From: Synechococcus sp.
GTDB taxonomy: Bacteria > Cyanobacteriota > Cyanobacteriia > PCC-6307 > Cyanobiaceae
Assembly: GCA_047285805.1 (NCBI GenBank)
Contig: JBJBCN010000002.1
Span: forward strand, 160,001 to 224,000
Direction: 5' to 3'
Length of the DNA: 64,000 nucleotides
In this document: positions 30,124 to 39,468 of the stretch, piece after piece
How the letters are laid out: each line of letters starts with the position of its first letter
Numbering within the stretch: the first letter of the stretch is position 1
Notes under the pieces: generated by a model
What the model was told of the DNA's origin: nothing
The model's input: only the letters and a program-made list of their open reading frames with translations
Database searches by the model: none
Translations under genes and position numbers: made by a program

Positions 30124-30588
30124 TTAGGCGGCGGGCCGGCTGACCCGGCGGATTTCAGAGCTGAAGCTGGCGCGGCCCGGGGTGCCATCGGCGGGCTGCT
30201 CGATGGTGGAGCGCAGGCGCAGGTTTGGTTTGTTGAACCAGATCCGCTCACGGATTTCGCTGTCGTCCTGCTTGACGATCAGCTCGAGGCTGCTGTCGGG
30301 CCAGAGGGTCCAGCGGCCCTGCTGCTCTCCGGCTTGGAACTGGCCATCGGCCTGGAACTGCAGTTGTCTCGGGGCCTGGTCCTTGGGGCCGACGCTCAGG
30401 CCGCCGGGGTTGCCTTCGAGGTGGCGCACCACCAGTTCCCCGCGTTCGCTGCTATGCCATTCATCGCCCTCACCTCCCTCGCTTTCGTCGCCAAGGACAA
30501 AGCGGGATCGAAGGCACATCCATTCGCCTTCGCAGAGCTGCAGGAAGGCTTCGATCGAGTCCGGGGGAAAGGAGGCGGTGTCGCTCAT
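30124..30588 (-). CDS. CpcS/CpeS-like phycobiliprotein lyase family protein
   Basis: F...EGEW...RS, ERIWF.KPNLRLRS, SFSSEIR. Confidence 0.85.
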   Translation of the reverse strand: MSDTASFPPDSIEAFLQLCEGEWMCLRSRFVLGDESEGGEGDEWHSSERGELVVRHLEGNPGGLSVGPKDQAPRQLQFQADGQFQAGEQQGRWTLWPDSSLELIVKQDDSEIRERIWFNKPNLRLRSTIEQPADGTPGRASFSSEIRRVSRPAA

Positions 30589-30600
30589 CAATGGATTCTC

Positions 30601-31584
30601 TCAGCTGTCGCCGCGGTACCCGAGTTCCGCGAGCCGCGATGAGCTGCGGCGCCAGTTGGGAACGACCTTGACGAAGAGCTCCAGGTATACCGGGCCGGAG
30701 ATCAGCTTCTGCATCTGTTGGCGAGCGCCCGTGCCGATCTGGCGAAGCATCCGTCCGCCTTTGCCGATCAGGATTCCTTTCTGACTGGTGCGCTCCACGA
30801 GCACGGTGGCAAGGACCGCGGTGCGCTCCTTGTCATCGACGATCCGCTCGATTTGCACGGCGACTGAGTGGGGGATCTCTTCGCGGGTGTGCTGGAGGAC
30901 CTGCTCGCGAATCAGCTCCGCCAGCAGCAGCTGCTCCGGTTGGTCGCTGACCGCATCGGGGGGGTAGAGGTGCGGCCCCTCCGGCAGCTCAGCCGCCAGG
31001 GCATTGACGAGCGCATCGGTGCCATCGCCATTGAGGGCGCTGACGGGGTGGAGGGGCCAACTAGGTACGAGTTCGCGGTAGCTGGTCTCCAGCTCGGCGG
31101 CCTGGTCGGGATCCACGAGATCGCATTTGTTTAGGGCGACCTGGACTGGCACTTTGGTGCGCTCGAGCAGCTCGACGATGAAGCCATCCCCGCGGCCGGC
31201 GGCCTGGCTGCCATCCACAAGCAGCAGCACCTGATCGACTTCACCGATCGCGCCACGGGCGGTCTGTACGAGCCGCTCCCCCAGCAGGTGATGGGGCTTG
31301 TGGATCCCGGGGGTGTCCACGAGCACCAGCTGGGCCGTGGGCGTGGTGAGGATCGCCCGCAGCCGGTTGCGGGTGGTTTGGGCCACCGGGGAGGTGATTG
31401 CCACCTTCTCGCCGACCAATTGATTCATCAGGGTGGACTTGCCCACGTTGGGCCGTCCCACTAGGGCGACAAAGCCTGAACGAAAGCCTTCGGGGCTCTG
31501 CCCCAGGGTGAAGCCACCGGCTACGGCCTTGGCCGGCAGATCGCTGAGATCTGGGAAAGGCAGCAACTGGTCGTGTGACTCCAT
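30601..31584 (-). CDS. era: GTPase Era
   Basis: GRPNVGKS, DTPG, NKCD, KH domain (IGKGG); start is ATG 31584 or TTG 31566. Confidence 0.97.
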   Translation of the reverse strand: MESHDQLLPFPDLSDLPAKAVAGGFTLGQSPEGFRSGFVALVGRPNVGKSTLMNQLVGEKVAITSPVAQTTRNRLRAILTTPTAQLVLVDTPGIHKPHHLLGERLVQTARGAIGEVDQVLLLVDGSQAAGRGDGFIVELLERTKVPVQVALNKCDLVDPDQAAELETSYRELVPSWPLHPVSALNGDGTDALVNALAAELPEGPHLYPPDAVSDQPEQLLLAELIREQVLQHTREEIPHSVAVQIERIVDDKERTAVLATVLVERTSQKGILIGKGGRMLRQIGTGARQQMQKLISGPVYLELFVKVVPNWRRSSSRLAELGYRGDS

Positions 31585-31702
31585 AGTCTCAACAAATGTG
31601 TTCAAGCGTTGCTATTACTGAGATCACAGGCGTGCACTGACCTCTGGACAGACACTAAGCACAGACATTTGACCTCTTTCACGCATCGTTCCACTCAACT
31701 CC

Positions 31703-32851
31703 ATGGCCCGGCCTGTCTCTGGTCCAAGACGCATCGACAACAGCGGTACGTGGTTCGCCGTGAAGATCATTGGCGGCCGCAAATTCATGAAGTCCCTCGG
31801 GACGAAGAACAAGGTTGAGGCACTGAGGCGCTGGCCCGCTGCTCTCGAAGATCTCGAGCGTCGAGCAAACCCTGAGAAGCCAAGACCTACTGATGTCCTG
31901 GACGTCAGCCACCTCGATCCGACCACTGGGAAGCAGTGGGAGGAGCGGGAACGTGCCATCGACTTGCTCCCTGCCTCAGCCATCGACTGGTCCGAGAATG
32001 AGGAAGACGACGGAAAGATCTCATGGACCGAGGCGGCAACCATCGCGGAGCAGCGTTGGAAGCGAAAGAACGGAGGGGAGGGCTACAGCCGCACGTGGTG
32101 GGAGGCGACACGTCGTGCCATCACCTTCTGCCCAGTGGGACCGGAGGAGCTTCAGCCTCGGCATATCCGCCAGATGATCATCGAGATGGAGGCCGCCGGC
32201 ATGAGGCCTCAGTCCGCCTCTCAACGATGCAGCTGCCTCTCTAGTCTGCTAACTGCACTCATCAAGTCCGGTGCTGCTGACCACCTGACCAACCCATTCA
32301 GCAAGGTCGATTACTCGGTCAAGAGCAGGATCCATTACAGAACCCCATCAACTCAGGAGTACAAGGCGGTGTGGCAAAGGAGGCACGAGATGCCCGAAGG
32401 CTGCGCTGAGGTGCTCGAGATCCTGATCTTCAGTGGTGCTCGCATCGAAGAGGTGCTGCAAGCGAGGTACAGCGATGGGTGGATGACCATGGAGAAGACC
32501 CCTGATTGGTCACCGAAGAACGCAACCTCCTATCGACGACTGCCATTGCCTGAGGGCATGGCCCTCTCTCGTTTCAGCACGCCAAGCGCTCAGGTGTTCA
32601 GGAAGAAGATGAAGCGGATTGCCCCAGCAGTGGAGGAAGCGGCGTCCATGCCGCTTACTCCGCATTGCTTCAGGCACGGATGGAGAACAGCAGCCCGGAT
32701 GGGTGGAGCTGACGATTACCTCAGCGAACGACTGCTGGGTCACCGGGCAGGGTTAGCCATGTCGATGACGTACGGCGAGTACCCGGATGAGCTGCTGCAG
32801 CGAGAGGCCGAGAAGGTCTGGGCTGTGCTGCGTCAGTGGCTCGACAGCTGA
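31703..32851 (+). CDS. Tyrosine recombinase / integrase
   Basis: SGARIEE (R), PKN (K), HCFRH, LGH, MTYG (Y); N-terminal arm-binding-like KSLGTK region. Confidence 0.92.
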   Translation: MARPVSGPRRIDNSGTWFAVKIIGGRKFMKSLGTKNKVEALRRWPAALEDLERRANPEKPRPTDVLDVSHLDPTTGKQWEERERAIDLLPASAIDWSENEEDDGKISWTEAATIAEQRWKRKNGGEGYSRTWWEATRRAITFCPVGPEELQPRHIRQMIIEMEAAGMRPQSASQRCSCLSSLLTALIKSGAADHLTNPFSKVDYSVKSRIHYRTPSTQEYKAVWQRRHEMPEGCAEVLEILIFSGARIEEVLQARYSDGWMTMEKTPDWSPKNATSYRRLPLPEGMALSRFSTPSAQVFRKKMKRIAPAVEEAASMPLTPHCFRHGWRTAARMGGADDYLSERLLGHRAGLAMSMTYGEYPDELLQREAEKVWAVLRQWLDS

Positions 32852-33027
32852 ATCGAGCAACAGTCGATTTGGCTGTCGGGGGTAAATCTCCTCAACAGTT
32901 GATTTAGTTGCCCCATCAATCCTTTGTTGTGAAAGGTCAACACGCCTCGAGTAAATCGTCAGGACACACAAGTTGACAAACTCAGAATCTGAAGCAAATC
33001 AGCAGGAGCTTTTTGCTCTCGCTGAGA

Positions 33028-34242
33028 TTAAGTATTTGCTCCTGCCGATTTCAACTTCTTAAGCACCTGCATGCAGGTCCATTTCAGTGGTACCCACTGC
33101 GCCTTTGTCGCGAGTTGCTCCAGCAGCCCTGCTTGATCATCCAGGCCCATTGCAAGGCAGCCCCAGGCAGCGGCAATCCTGGATTTGGTGTACTGAGGAA
33201 TAGTTTCAGCCAGTGCCAGCCGCACCAGTTCGCTTCTAGTTTCAATCCTTTGAAGGCTGACCACGGCAGTGAGGTAGTAGTGCGTGACGTAATCACTCCA
33301 TAACTTGTCTTTGATTCGGTCAATCAGGACGAGTTTCTCCTCTTCTTCCATCGACATCAGGCTTGCAGCGCCACCGTATTGACGTGCTTCATCCCTGTGT
33401 TGAAGATTGTTTTCGATTTCATCGGCGTTAACGTCACAGACCCATTCCGTTCTCAGCTTTAAATTTTGTGGATTGTCCTGCAGTAATTGAGTGATCAATC
33501 CTTCGTACTCTTGAGGGACAACACAGGTTTTCCCTGGATCAACCAGTTGAAAGGCACTTCTCGCTCGTAGGGACATTGAGACCGGAGCCGTCGCTAGTGA
33601 CTCGAGTCGACTGACGTCCCCTGCATCGCCAAGATCAATGACTGCAGAACGGCGTCGACCCGCGATTGGGTCCACCAGTTGGGGAACCAAGGTATCTAAG
33701 GCTGTTGTCCTGCCATGAACCTTTGAGCCATAGGCTCTGGCTGCTCCCGACACCAGTGGATTTGGGTCTTCGTCAAAGGGCTTGATGGCATGGTCTGCGC
33801 CTTCAATTCCAAGCCGGGTATGAGCTTGGATCACGGCGCGTTTTTGGATGTCCTCTCCTCCCAGGGCCTGAAGTAGCTGATTTTGCTGCTCGGTATCCAG
33901 CTCGGAGCTGATTTTTGTGATCGAGTCCACTGCGTTGATCACAGCTGATTCATCGCTGCAGCTCAATGCTGCAAACAGAACAGGCAGTGCTTTGGGGTTG
34001 CGCCGCCGTCCCAAGGCGTCTAGGGCTTTTCTTATCGTAATCCGATCAAACAGGTTGTCAGGACTGAGTTGCGCGGCTTCGATCAGTGTGTTCAGGGACT
34101 CTTCGCTGTCACTGGCACCTAGCCTCGTTGCTGCCATGTACTTATCAACTGGTCGCTCCAGCGAGTCCGGGGCAGCCAGAATGATGCTGATCGCACGTTC
34201 CTCAGTAAGGCCTTCTACAAGATTGTCAAAACGTTCAGGCAT
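33028..34242 (-). CDS. mpeQ: MpeQ/W/Y/Z-family HEAT-repeat phycobilin lyase, MpeQ-type lyase-isomerase signature
   Basis: 404 aa; [68 protein letters not shown]; counted positions A100, Y318, V319, T320, Y323, T352, K353 agree with MpeQ as recalled. Confidence 0.85.
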   Translation of the reverse strand: MPERFDNLVEGLTEERAISIILAAPDSLERPVDKYMAATRLGASDSEESLNTLIEAAQLSPDNLFDRITIRKALDALGRRRNPKALPVLFAALSCSDESAVINAVDSITKISSELDTEQQNQLLQALGGEDIQKRAVIQAHTRLGIEGADHAIKPFDEDPNPLVSGAARAYGSKVHGRTTALDTLVPQLVDPIAGRRRSAVIDLGDAGDVSRLESLATAPVSMSLRARSAFQLVDPGKTCVVPQEYEGLITQLLQDNPQNLKLRTEWVCDVNADEIENNLQHRDEARQYGGAASLMSMEEEEKLVLIDRIKDKLWSDYVTHYYLTAVVSLQRIETRSELVRLALAETIPQYTKSRIAAAWGCLAMGLDDQAGLLEQLATKAQWVPLKWTCMQVLKKLKSAGANT

Positions 34243-34326
34243 TGATGAGCCTTTTGATTAATAGTTCCAATTAGCGATTGACTCGCCAGAGGTCAAAATC
34301 TTGGGTCGACGCGGGCTGAGATTTGC

Positions 34327-34396
34327 GCCAAGAGCCGTTGGCTGACCTTATAGCCAGATATTATCATGCCATTGCTGTGCCAAGAGGTCTTGGCTG
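34327..34396. promoter_or_regulatory. Two GCCAA-N6-TTGGC palindromes upstream of the lyase gene
   Basis: GCCAAGAGccgTTGGCTG at 34327 and GCCAAGAGgtcTTGGCTG at 34379. Confidence 0.55.
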
Positions 34397-35044
34397 CCGC
34401 AGTCAGTAGTCTTCATCCTTGTTTCTGTATGTCTCTGATTGTTTTTTTATTAATCATTTGAGCTTTAGATGTTATGAGGGGGTATTAGTCCAGGTATGTC
34501 CCCCTGCTTTGCCAAGAAGAGGGGGTGGGGTACTTCGTTTTTCTTGGGGAGGGGGCACCCCTCATGGTTCGACCTGCTCCGAAACGCAAGTCGGGGTTGC
34601 AATGTGGCGAAATCCTGGCCAATCCAGTGGTATCACTCGGTTCCGACTACTAACCGAATCTGGTTGACGTCCAAGAGTTTTTTATGCATACGGTCAGTGA
34701 CCGAGGATGAGAACCATTCGCCTCGCTCGCGTTCTTAATGCCTGCGCGGCTGCGCGCGTCTTTCTTTGGTTGTCTGTTGCGCACAAATTTATACCTAGGT
34801 AGAACACTGAATATATTGCAGGAGGCCTCTGTAAGGGTCCGCAAGGGGCCTCTCGGCTTCCCTGGCGTTGGCCTGCCGTCCAACGACTACAAGCCCTTCC
34901 AGGCGTTTTTGGGCAGACCTAGTCACAGGTGCCATCTCTTGTCACTGCAGACACTAAGCGCATAAGCCCTTGCTGAGAACCCGCATCAGCACTGAAGTTC
35001 TGTGACTAGACTTGCAAGCTAACCTTGGCAGTCCAACCTCCCCC

Positions 35045-35572
35045 ATGACTGAAGCCGCCCCGCTGGAGCCCACGTTTCAACAGGCGATGGAGATCACGGC
35101 CCAGTGGCTGGCGCTCTGGGAAAACGGCGAACTCAGCGATGAGGTGATCGGCGATCGGGTTTCCGAGTTGGTGGCCAGTCGTGATGGAGCCCGGGGGTTC
35201 TTTGTGGTGTCCTTGGCTGGGGATTGTCCGTTGATGGATCGCCTGCCGGATCCGGTCGTCTTTGCCCTGCGCCAGGCCGGCGACGGGGTGGTGGACCTCA
35301 GTGCTCGCAACCTGGCCATGAGCACGGCGATGGCGCTGCACCACGAGCGCAACGCCGATGCAGTTCAGCAGGCGGGATCGGAGCGGGTTCAATCCCGCTG
35401 CACCGAACTCCTGCGGCTCATGGAGCAGGAAGCAGTGAAAGGGCGACTGGAAACCCTGCTGGAGGCCACCGAGGGCCGGGGTGAGGACGTGGCCTTCCTG
35501 AAACGCTGGGGCTACGACGCCGGTCAGACCGCTGCAATTGCTGAGGCGGTGTTGGCCGTGGCCCAAGGCTGA
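35045..35572 (+). CDS. Conserved hypothetical protein
   Basis: PTFQQAM...W...ELSDEV..DRV..LV..RDGARGFFV; host-like composition. Confidence 0.8.
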   Translation: MTEAAPLEPTFQQAMEITAQWLALWENGELSDEVIGDRVSELVASRDGARGFFVVSLAGDCPLMDRLPDPVVFALRQAGDGVVDLSARNLAMSTAMALHHERNADAVQQAGSERVQSRCTELLRLMEQEAVKGRLETLLEATEGRGEDVAFLKRWGYDAGQTAAIAEAVLAVAQG

Positions 35573-35593
35573 GTTGTTTCGAGATTGGCCAAC

Positions 35594-35620
35594 AAAAAAG
35601 CGCCCTCGAGGGGCGCTTTG
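35594..35620. terminator. Hairpin terminator between convergent genes
   Basis: aaaAAAGCGCCC-tcgag-GGGCGCTTT. Confidence 0.75.
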
Positions 35621-35643
35621 CTGTCTGAAGGGGTTGATCTGGA

Positions 35644-36378
35644 TCAGTCACGCCGACCGCCACCGTTGAGGGCGATCACCAGGCGCAGGATGAAGATGAA
35701 CAGGTTGATGTAGGTCAGGTACATGCTCAGCGCGCCGGCCAGGTACTGGTCGTCGCTGTAGGTGCGGGGCATCGTGTAAAAGTCCACGAAGGCTGCGCCC
35801 ACGAAGATCACGGTGCCGAAGCCGGCGATCAGCAGCTCCATGCCGCCCATGCCGAAGCCGGGCACGAAGATGCCGCCGACGATCTGGACGACCATGGCGA
35901 TCACCAGGCCGAGTATGCCCAGGCCGACCACGCCGCTGAGGGCTTGACCGACGCTGTCGCTCATGCGACGGCCCATGACGGAGGCAGCCACGAAGGTGAC
36001 GCCAGTAGCCAGGGCGGCGGTGCCGATGGCGCCGATGCCCGCGGTGCCGATGGCCAGGGCCACGATGCCGCTCAGGGTAAAGCCGGTGATCAGGCTGTAG
36101 GCCGCCATGAGCGGCAGGGCGGTGCTGTTGTTCCCCTTCAGGGCCACGTTCTGGGCCACGAAGAAGAGGATGAAGTTTCCGATCAGGGCCACCCAGAACA
36201 GAGGCATGAACCCGGTGGGGTTGCTGGCCAACAGGGCAAGGCCGCCCATGACGCCACCGGCGGTGAGCACCATGCCGCCGCCCACGTAGGGCAGCGCTTT
36301 ATTGACCACGTTGGGCCCCACGAGGGCGCTGGATTGCGCCTCGCGGATGGCCTCCTGGAAATTGCTGCTGGCCGGCAT
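35644..36378 (-). CDS. Bax inhibitor-1/YccA family membrane protein
   Basis: About 7 TM helices, ALSMYLTYINLF. Confidence 0.9.
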   Translation of the reverse strand: MPASSNFQEAIREAQSSALVGPNVVNKALPYVGGGMVLTAGGVMGGLALLASNPTGFMPLFWVALIGNFILFFVAQNVALKGNNSTALPLMAAYSLITGFTLSGIVALAIGTAGIGAIGTAALATGVTFVAASVMGRRMSDSVGQALSGVVGLGILGLVIAMVVQIVGGIFVPGFGMGGMELLIAGFGTVIFVGAAFVDFYTMPRTYSDDQYLAGALSMYLTYINLFIFILRLVIALNGGGRRD

Positions 36379-36453
36379 GGCACAGAGAATGACTGGCTTC
36401 ATCCTGCCAGCGATCTCCGGGTTGTGTGCCCTTTGGGGGTGTGGATCCCCCGA

Positions 36454-37437
36454 CTAACGTCGGGTCTTGGCAGCATCCCGGGCGGCGTAGGCGGTGACCA
36501 GGCGCTGCACTAGGGGATGGCGCACCACGTCAGCGGCACTGAGCCGGCAGACCGCGATGCCCTCGACCCCCTCCAGCACCTGTGCGGCCTCGATTAAGCC
36601 GCTCAGTTGACCCTGGGGCAGATCGATCTGGGTTGGGTCCCCGGTGACGACCATCTTTGAGCCCTCACCCAGGCGGGTCAGCACCATTCGCATTTGCGCC
36701 GGGGTGGTGTTCTGGGCCTCATCAAGGATCACGAAGGCCTCGGCCAGGGTGCGTCCTCGCATGTAGGCCAGCGGGGCCACCTCGATCACGTTCTTCTCGA
36801 TCAGGGCCGCCGTGCGCTCCTGTCCGAGCAGAGTGTGCAGTGCGTCGTAGAGGGGGCGCAGGAAGGGGTCGACCTTCTGCTGAAGATCACCGGGCAGAAA
36901 GCCAAGGCGCTCTCCGGCTTCCACGGCGGGGCGGGTCAGGATCAGCCGCTCGACCTTGCGCTCCTGCAGCGCGCGCACGGCTTGAACGGCCGCCAGGAAT
37001 GTCTTGCCGGTGCCAGCGGGACCTAAGGCAAAGGTGAGGTCGTGGCGCTCGATCGCCTCGACGTAGGTCTTTTGCTTGAGGGTGCGAGGGCGCAGCAGCT
37101 TGCCGTTTTGGCTGCGGGCCAGAACCTGCTTGCTCAGTTGTTGGTGCTCCTCCCCGCGGCCTGTATCCAGGGCGGAGAGGGCGGTTTGCAAATCCACCTG
37201 GGTGACGCTCTGCCCCTCTTGCCAGAGGGGACGCAGCAGTTCAACCAGGCCGGCGGCCCGCTCCAGCTGGGTGGGGCGGCCTCGCAGTTGCAGCGAAAGA
37301 CCCCGCAAGACCAGCGAAGCACCAGTCAGGGCTTCGAGGCGATGCAGGGTCGATTCAGCTTCACCGGCCAAGGCCATTGCGGCGTCCTGGTCGGGAAGAT
37401 CGATGGTGAAGGCCGTGAGGCTTTCAGCCCCGGGCAT
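36454..37437 (-). CDS. phoH: PhoH family ATPase
   Basis: GPAGTGKT, RPAVEAGE, LAYMRGRT, DEAQN. Confidence 0.96.
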   Translation of the reverse strand: MPGAESLTAFTIDLPDQDAAMALAGEAESTLHRLEALTGASLVLRGLSLQLRGRPTQLERAAGLVELLRPLWQEGQSVTQVDLQTALSALDTGRGEEHQQLSKQVLARSQNGKLLRPRTLKQKTYVEAIERHDLTFALGPAGTGKTFLAAVQAVRALQERKVERLILTRPAVEAGERLGFLPGDLQQKVDPFLRPLYDALHTLLGQERTAALIEKNVIEVAPLAYMRGRTLAEAFVILDEAQNTTPAQMRMVLTRLGEGSKMVVTGDPTQIDLPQGQLSGLIEAAQVLEGVEGIAVCRLSAADVVRHPLVQRLVTAYAARDAAKTRR

Positions 37438-37448
37438 GGGGGAAGGCC

Positions 37449-37841
37449 TCAGGCTTCGGTGGCTTCTTCAGCGGGAGCCTCTTCGGCGGCAGCGGCGGCT
37501 TCAGCAGCCTTGGCTTCTGCAGCTTCCTTGGCGGCCTGCTTGGCAGCAGCCTCGCGGATGGCGGCTTGCTTCTTCTGGCCGACGACCACGGAGGGACGCA
37601 CTTTCTTCTCGATCAGACCGCCGCGCTCAAGAAGGGTTTGCACAACCTCGGTGGGCTGGGCGCCCTGGGCGAGACGGGCACGGATGGCCTCGGTGTCAAG
37701 ACGGGTCTCCTTGGTGCGGGGGTTGTAGAAGCCCAGCTCCTCGAGGGGACGACCGTCGCGGCGTGAGGTGCTGTTGCAGGCCACCAGGCGGAAGCTCGCT
37801 TCCCGCTTCTTACCGAACCGCTTCAGGCGGAGCTTGATCAT
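37449..37841 (-). CDS. rpsP: 30S ribosomal protein S16
   Basis: [13 protein letters not shown]...[15 protein letters not shown]; Ala/Glu-rich tail. Confidence 0.97.
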   Translation of the reverse strand: MIKLRLKRFGKKREASFRLVACNSTSRRDGRPLEELGFYNPRTKETRLDTEAIRARLAQGAQPTEVVQTLLERGGLIEKKVRPSVVVGQKKQAAIREAAAKQAAKEAAEAKAAEAAAAAEEAPAEEATEA

Positions 37842-37932
37842 TGTGGCCTTGCCTTGCTGACTGGATAAACGCGCGGTGACTCCCCAGGGAATCGCGCGCA
37901 AACGACAACAATACTCTCTGGGGTGACGCCCC

Positions 37933-39408
37933 TCAGAGCTCGCCGAAGCCTTTGCGCTTCTTGGCGGGTTTGGCGGCTTTGGGCATGCCGCCGCCACGGC
38001 CACCACGGCCGGCGGGAGCGCCGCCCGTGCCAGGCATTCCCCCCATCCCAGGCATCCCACCCATCCCGGGGAATCCGCCCATGCCCGGCATTCCGGGCAT
38101 GCCTCCACCGCGTGTCATTTGCTGCATGAACCCCCGCATCTGCTGGAAGTTCTGCAGAACCTTGTCAACATCGGCTGGGGTGTGGCCACTGCCGCTGGCG
38201 ATGCGCCGCCGCCGGGAGGGATTGGCGGCGAGCAGGTCCGGGTCGCTGCGCTCCGCCTCGGTCATGGAGCCAATCATTGCTTCGATCTTCTTGAGCTGCT
38301 CTTCGCCCTGCTTGAGCATGCCGTCGTCGATCTTGTTCATCCCCGGGATCATTTTCATGAGACCGCCCAGGGAGCCCATGCGCTTGATCAGGCGCATCTG
38401 CTTAACGAAGTCCGAGAAGTCGAAGGTGGCTTCTTGGAGCTTCTGCTGCATCTTGGCTACATCGGCCAGCTCGACCTCCTTCTGGGCCTTCTCCACCAGG
38501 GTCAGGACGTCGCCCATGCCGAGGATCCGGCTGGCCATCCGTTCGGGGTGGAAGGGCTGCAGCGCCTCCACTTTTTCCCCCGTACCGATGAATTTGATCG
38601 GTGCCCCGCTGACCTTGCGGATAGAGAGCGCCGCACCGCCGCGGGAGTCACCGTCTAGCTTGGTGAGGACCGCACCGGTGATGCCCACCTGATCGTGGAA
38701 GGTGCGGGTGAGTTCAGCGGCCTCCTGACCGATCATTGAGTCAACCACCAGCAGCACTTCATCGGGCTGGACGGCTTCTCGGATCCGGACCATCTCGTCC
38801 ATCATCGAGGTGTCGATCTGGAGGCGACCGGCGGTGTCCACCAGCACGGTGTCGAAGCCCTCAGCCTTGGCCTTTTCAATGCCCGCGGCGGCGATGGCTT
38901 CCGGCTTGGCTTCGGTGCCCAGGCTGAAGACCTCAACGTCGATCTGGCTGCCGAGGGTTTTCAGCTGGTCGATGGCCGCCGGGCGGTAGACGTCAGCGCC
39001 CACCAGCAGGGCCTTGCGTCCTTTCTCCTTGAGGTGAAGGCCGAGCTTGGCGGTGGCGGTGGTCTTACCAGCGCCCTGCAGGCCCGCCATCAAGACGACG
39101 GCTGGGGCCCCTTCTTTGCCGGCAGCAGCCAGAGGAGCGTTTTCGCCGCCCATGGTCTCCACGAGCTGCTCGTGGACCACCTGGATGAATTTCTGGTCAG
39201 GGCTGATGCCCCGCACCACCTCTTCACCTAGTGCCTTCTTGCGGACCTCTTCCACGAAGTCCTTGACCACCGGAAGGCTGACATCGGCCTCGAGCAGGGC
39301 CCGGCGCACGTCCTTAAGTGCCCCCTCGATATTGCCTTCGCTGATGGCCCCCTGACCACGCAGGTTCTTGACGGCATCTTCAAACCGTTGGGAGAGCTCG
39401 TCGAACAT
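37933..39408 (-). CDS. ffh: Signal recognition particle protein
   Basis: [19 protein letters not shown] domain. Confidence 0.98.
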   Translation of the reverse strand: MFDELSQRFEDAVKNLRGQGAISEGNIEGALKDVRRALLEADVSLPVVKDFVEEVRKKALGEEVVRGISPDQKFIQVVHEQLVETMGGENAPLAAAGKEGAPAVVLMAGLQGAGKTTATAKLGLHLKEKGRKALLVGADVYRPAAIDQLKTLGSQIDVEVFSLGTEAKPEAIAAAGIEKAKAEGFDTVLVDTAGRLQIDTSMMDEMVRIREAVQPDEVLLVVDSMIGQEAAELTRTFHDQVGITGAVLTKLDGDSRGGAALSIRKVSGAPIKFIGTGEKVEALQPFHPERMASRILGMGDVLTLVEKAQKEVELADVAKMQQKLQEATFDFSDFVKQMRLIKRMGSLGGLMKMIPGMNKIDDGMLKQGEEQLKKIEAMIGSMTEAERSDPDLLAANPSRRRRIASGSGHTPADVDKVLQNFQQMRGFMQQMTRGGGMPGMPGMGGFPGMGGMPGMGGMPGTGGAPAGRGGRGGGMPKAAKPAKKRKGFGEL

Positions 39409-39468
39409 GGGGACGCCTGTGATGAACCGATCGTAAAAAGCGACCGTCTCTTGGGGGCGTCCGAGGGC

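Larger units (their letters stand above)
31574..35007. mobile_element. Small integrative element (integrase plus MpeQ-like lyase-isomerase) inserted upstream of era
   Basis: Separates era from a divergent conserved gene; AT-richer; TGTGACT at 31574 and 35001; TCACAGG-N18-CAGACACTAAGC at 31624 and 34923. Confidence 0.8.

Noticed and set aside
30124..30588. CpcS-like lyase as part of the mobile pigment cassette
   Set aside because: It lies outside the repeats, has host-like composition and sits within the core era-trmD run
34262..34920. Short ORFs upstream of the lyase gene as possible fciA/fciB or mpeB remnants
   Set aside because: No AraC-like, RHH-like or phycobiliprotein motifs recognisable in the frames examined; treated as non-coding
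38010..38110. Tandem-like repeats at the ffh 3' end
   Set aside because: They encode the ordinary GGMPGM low-complexity tail
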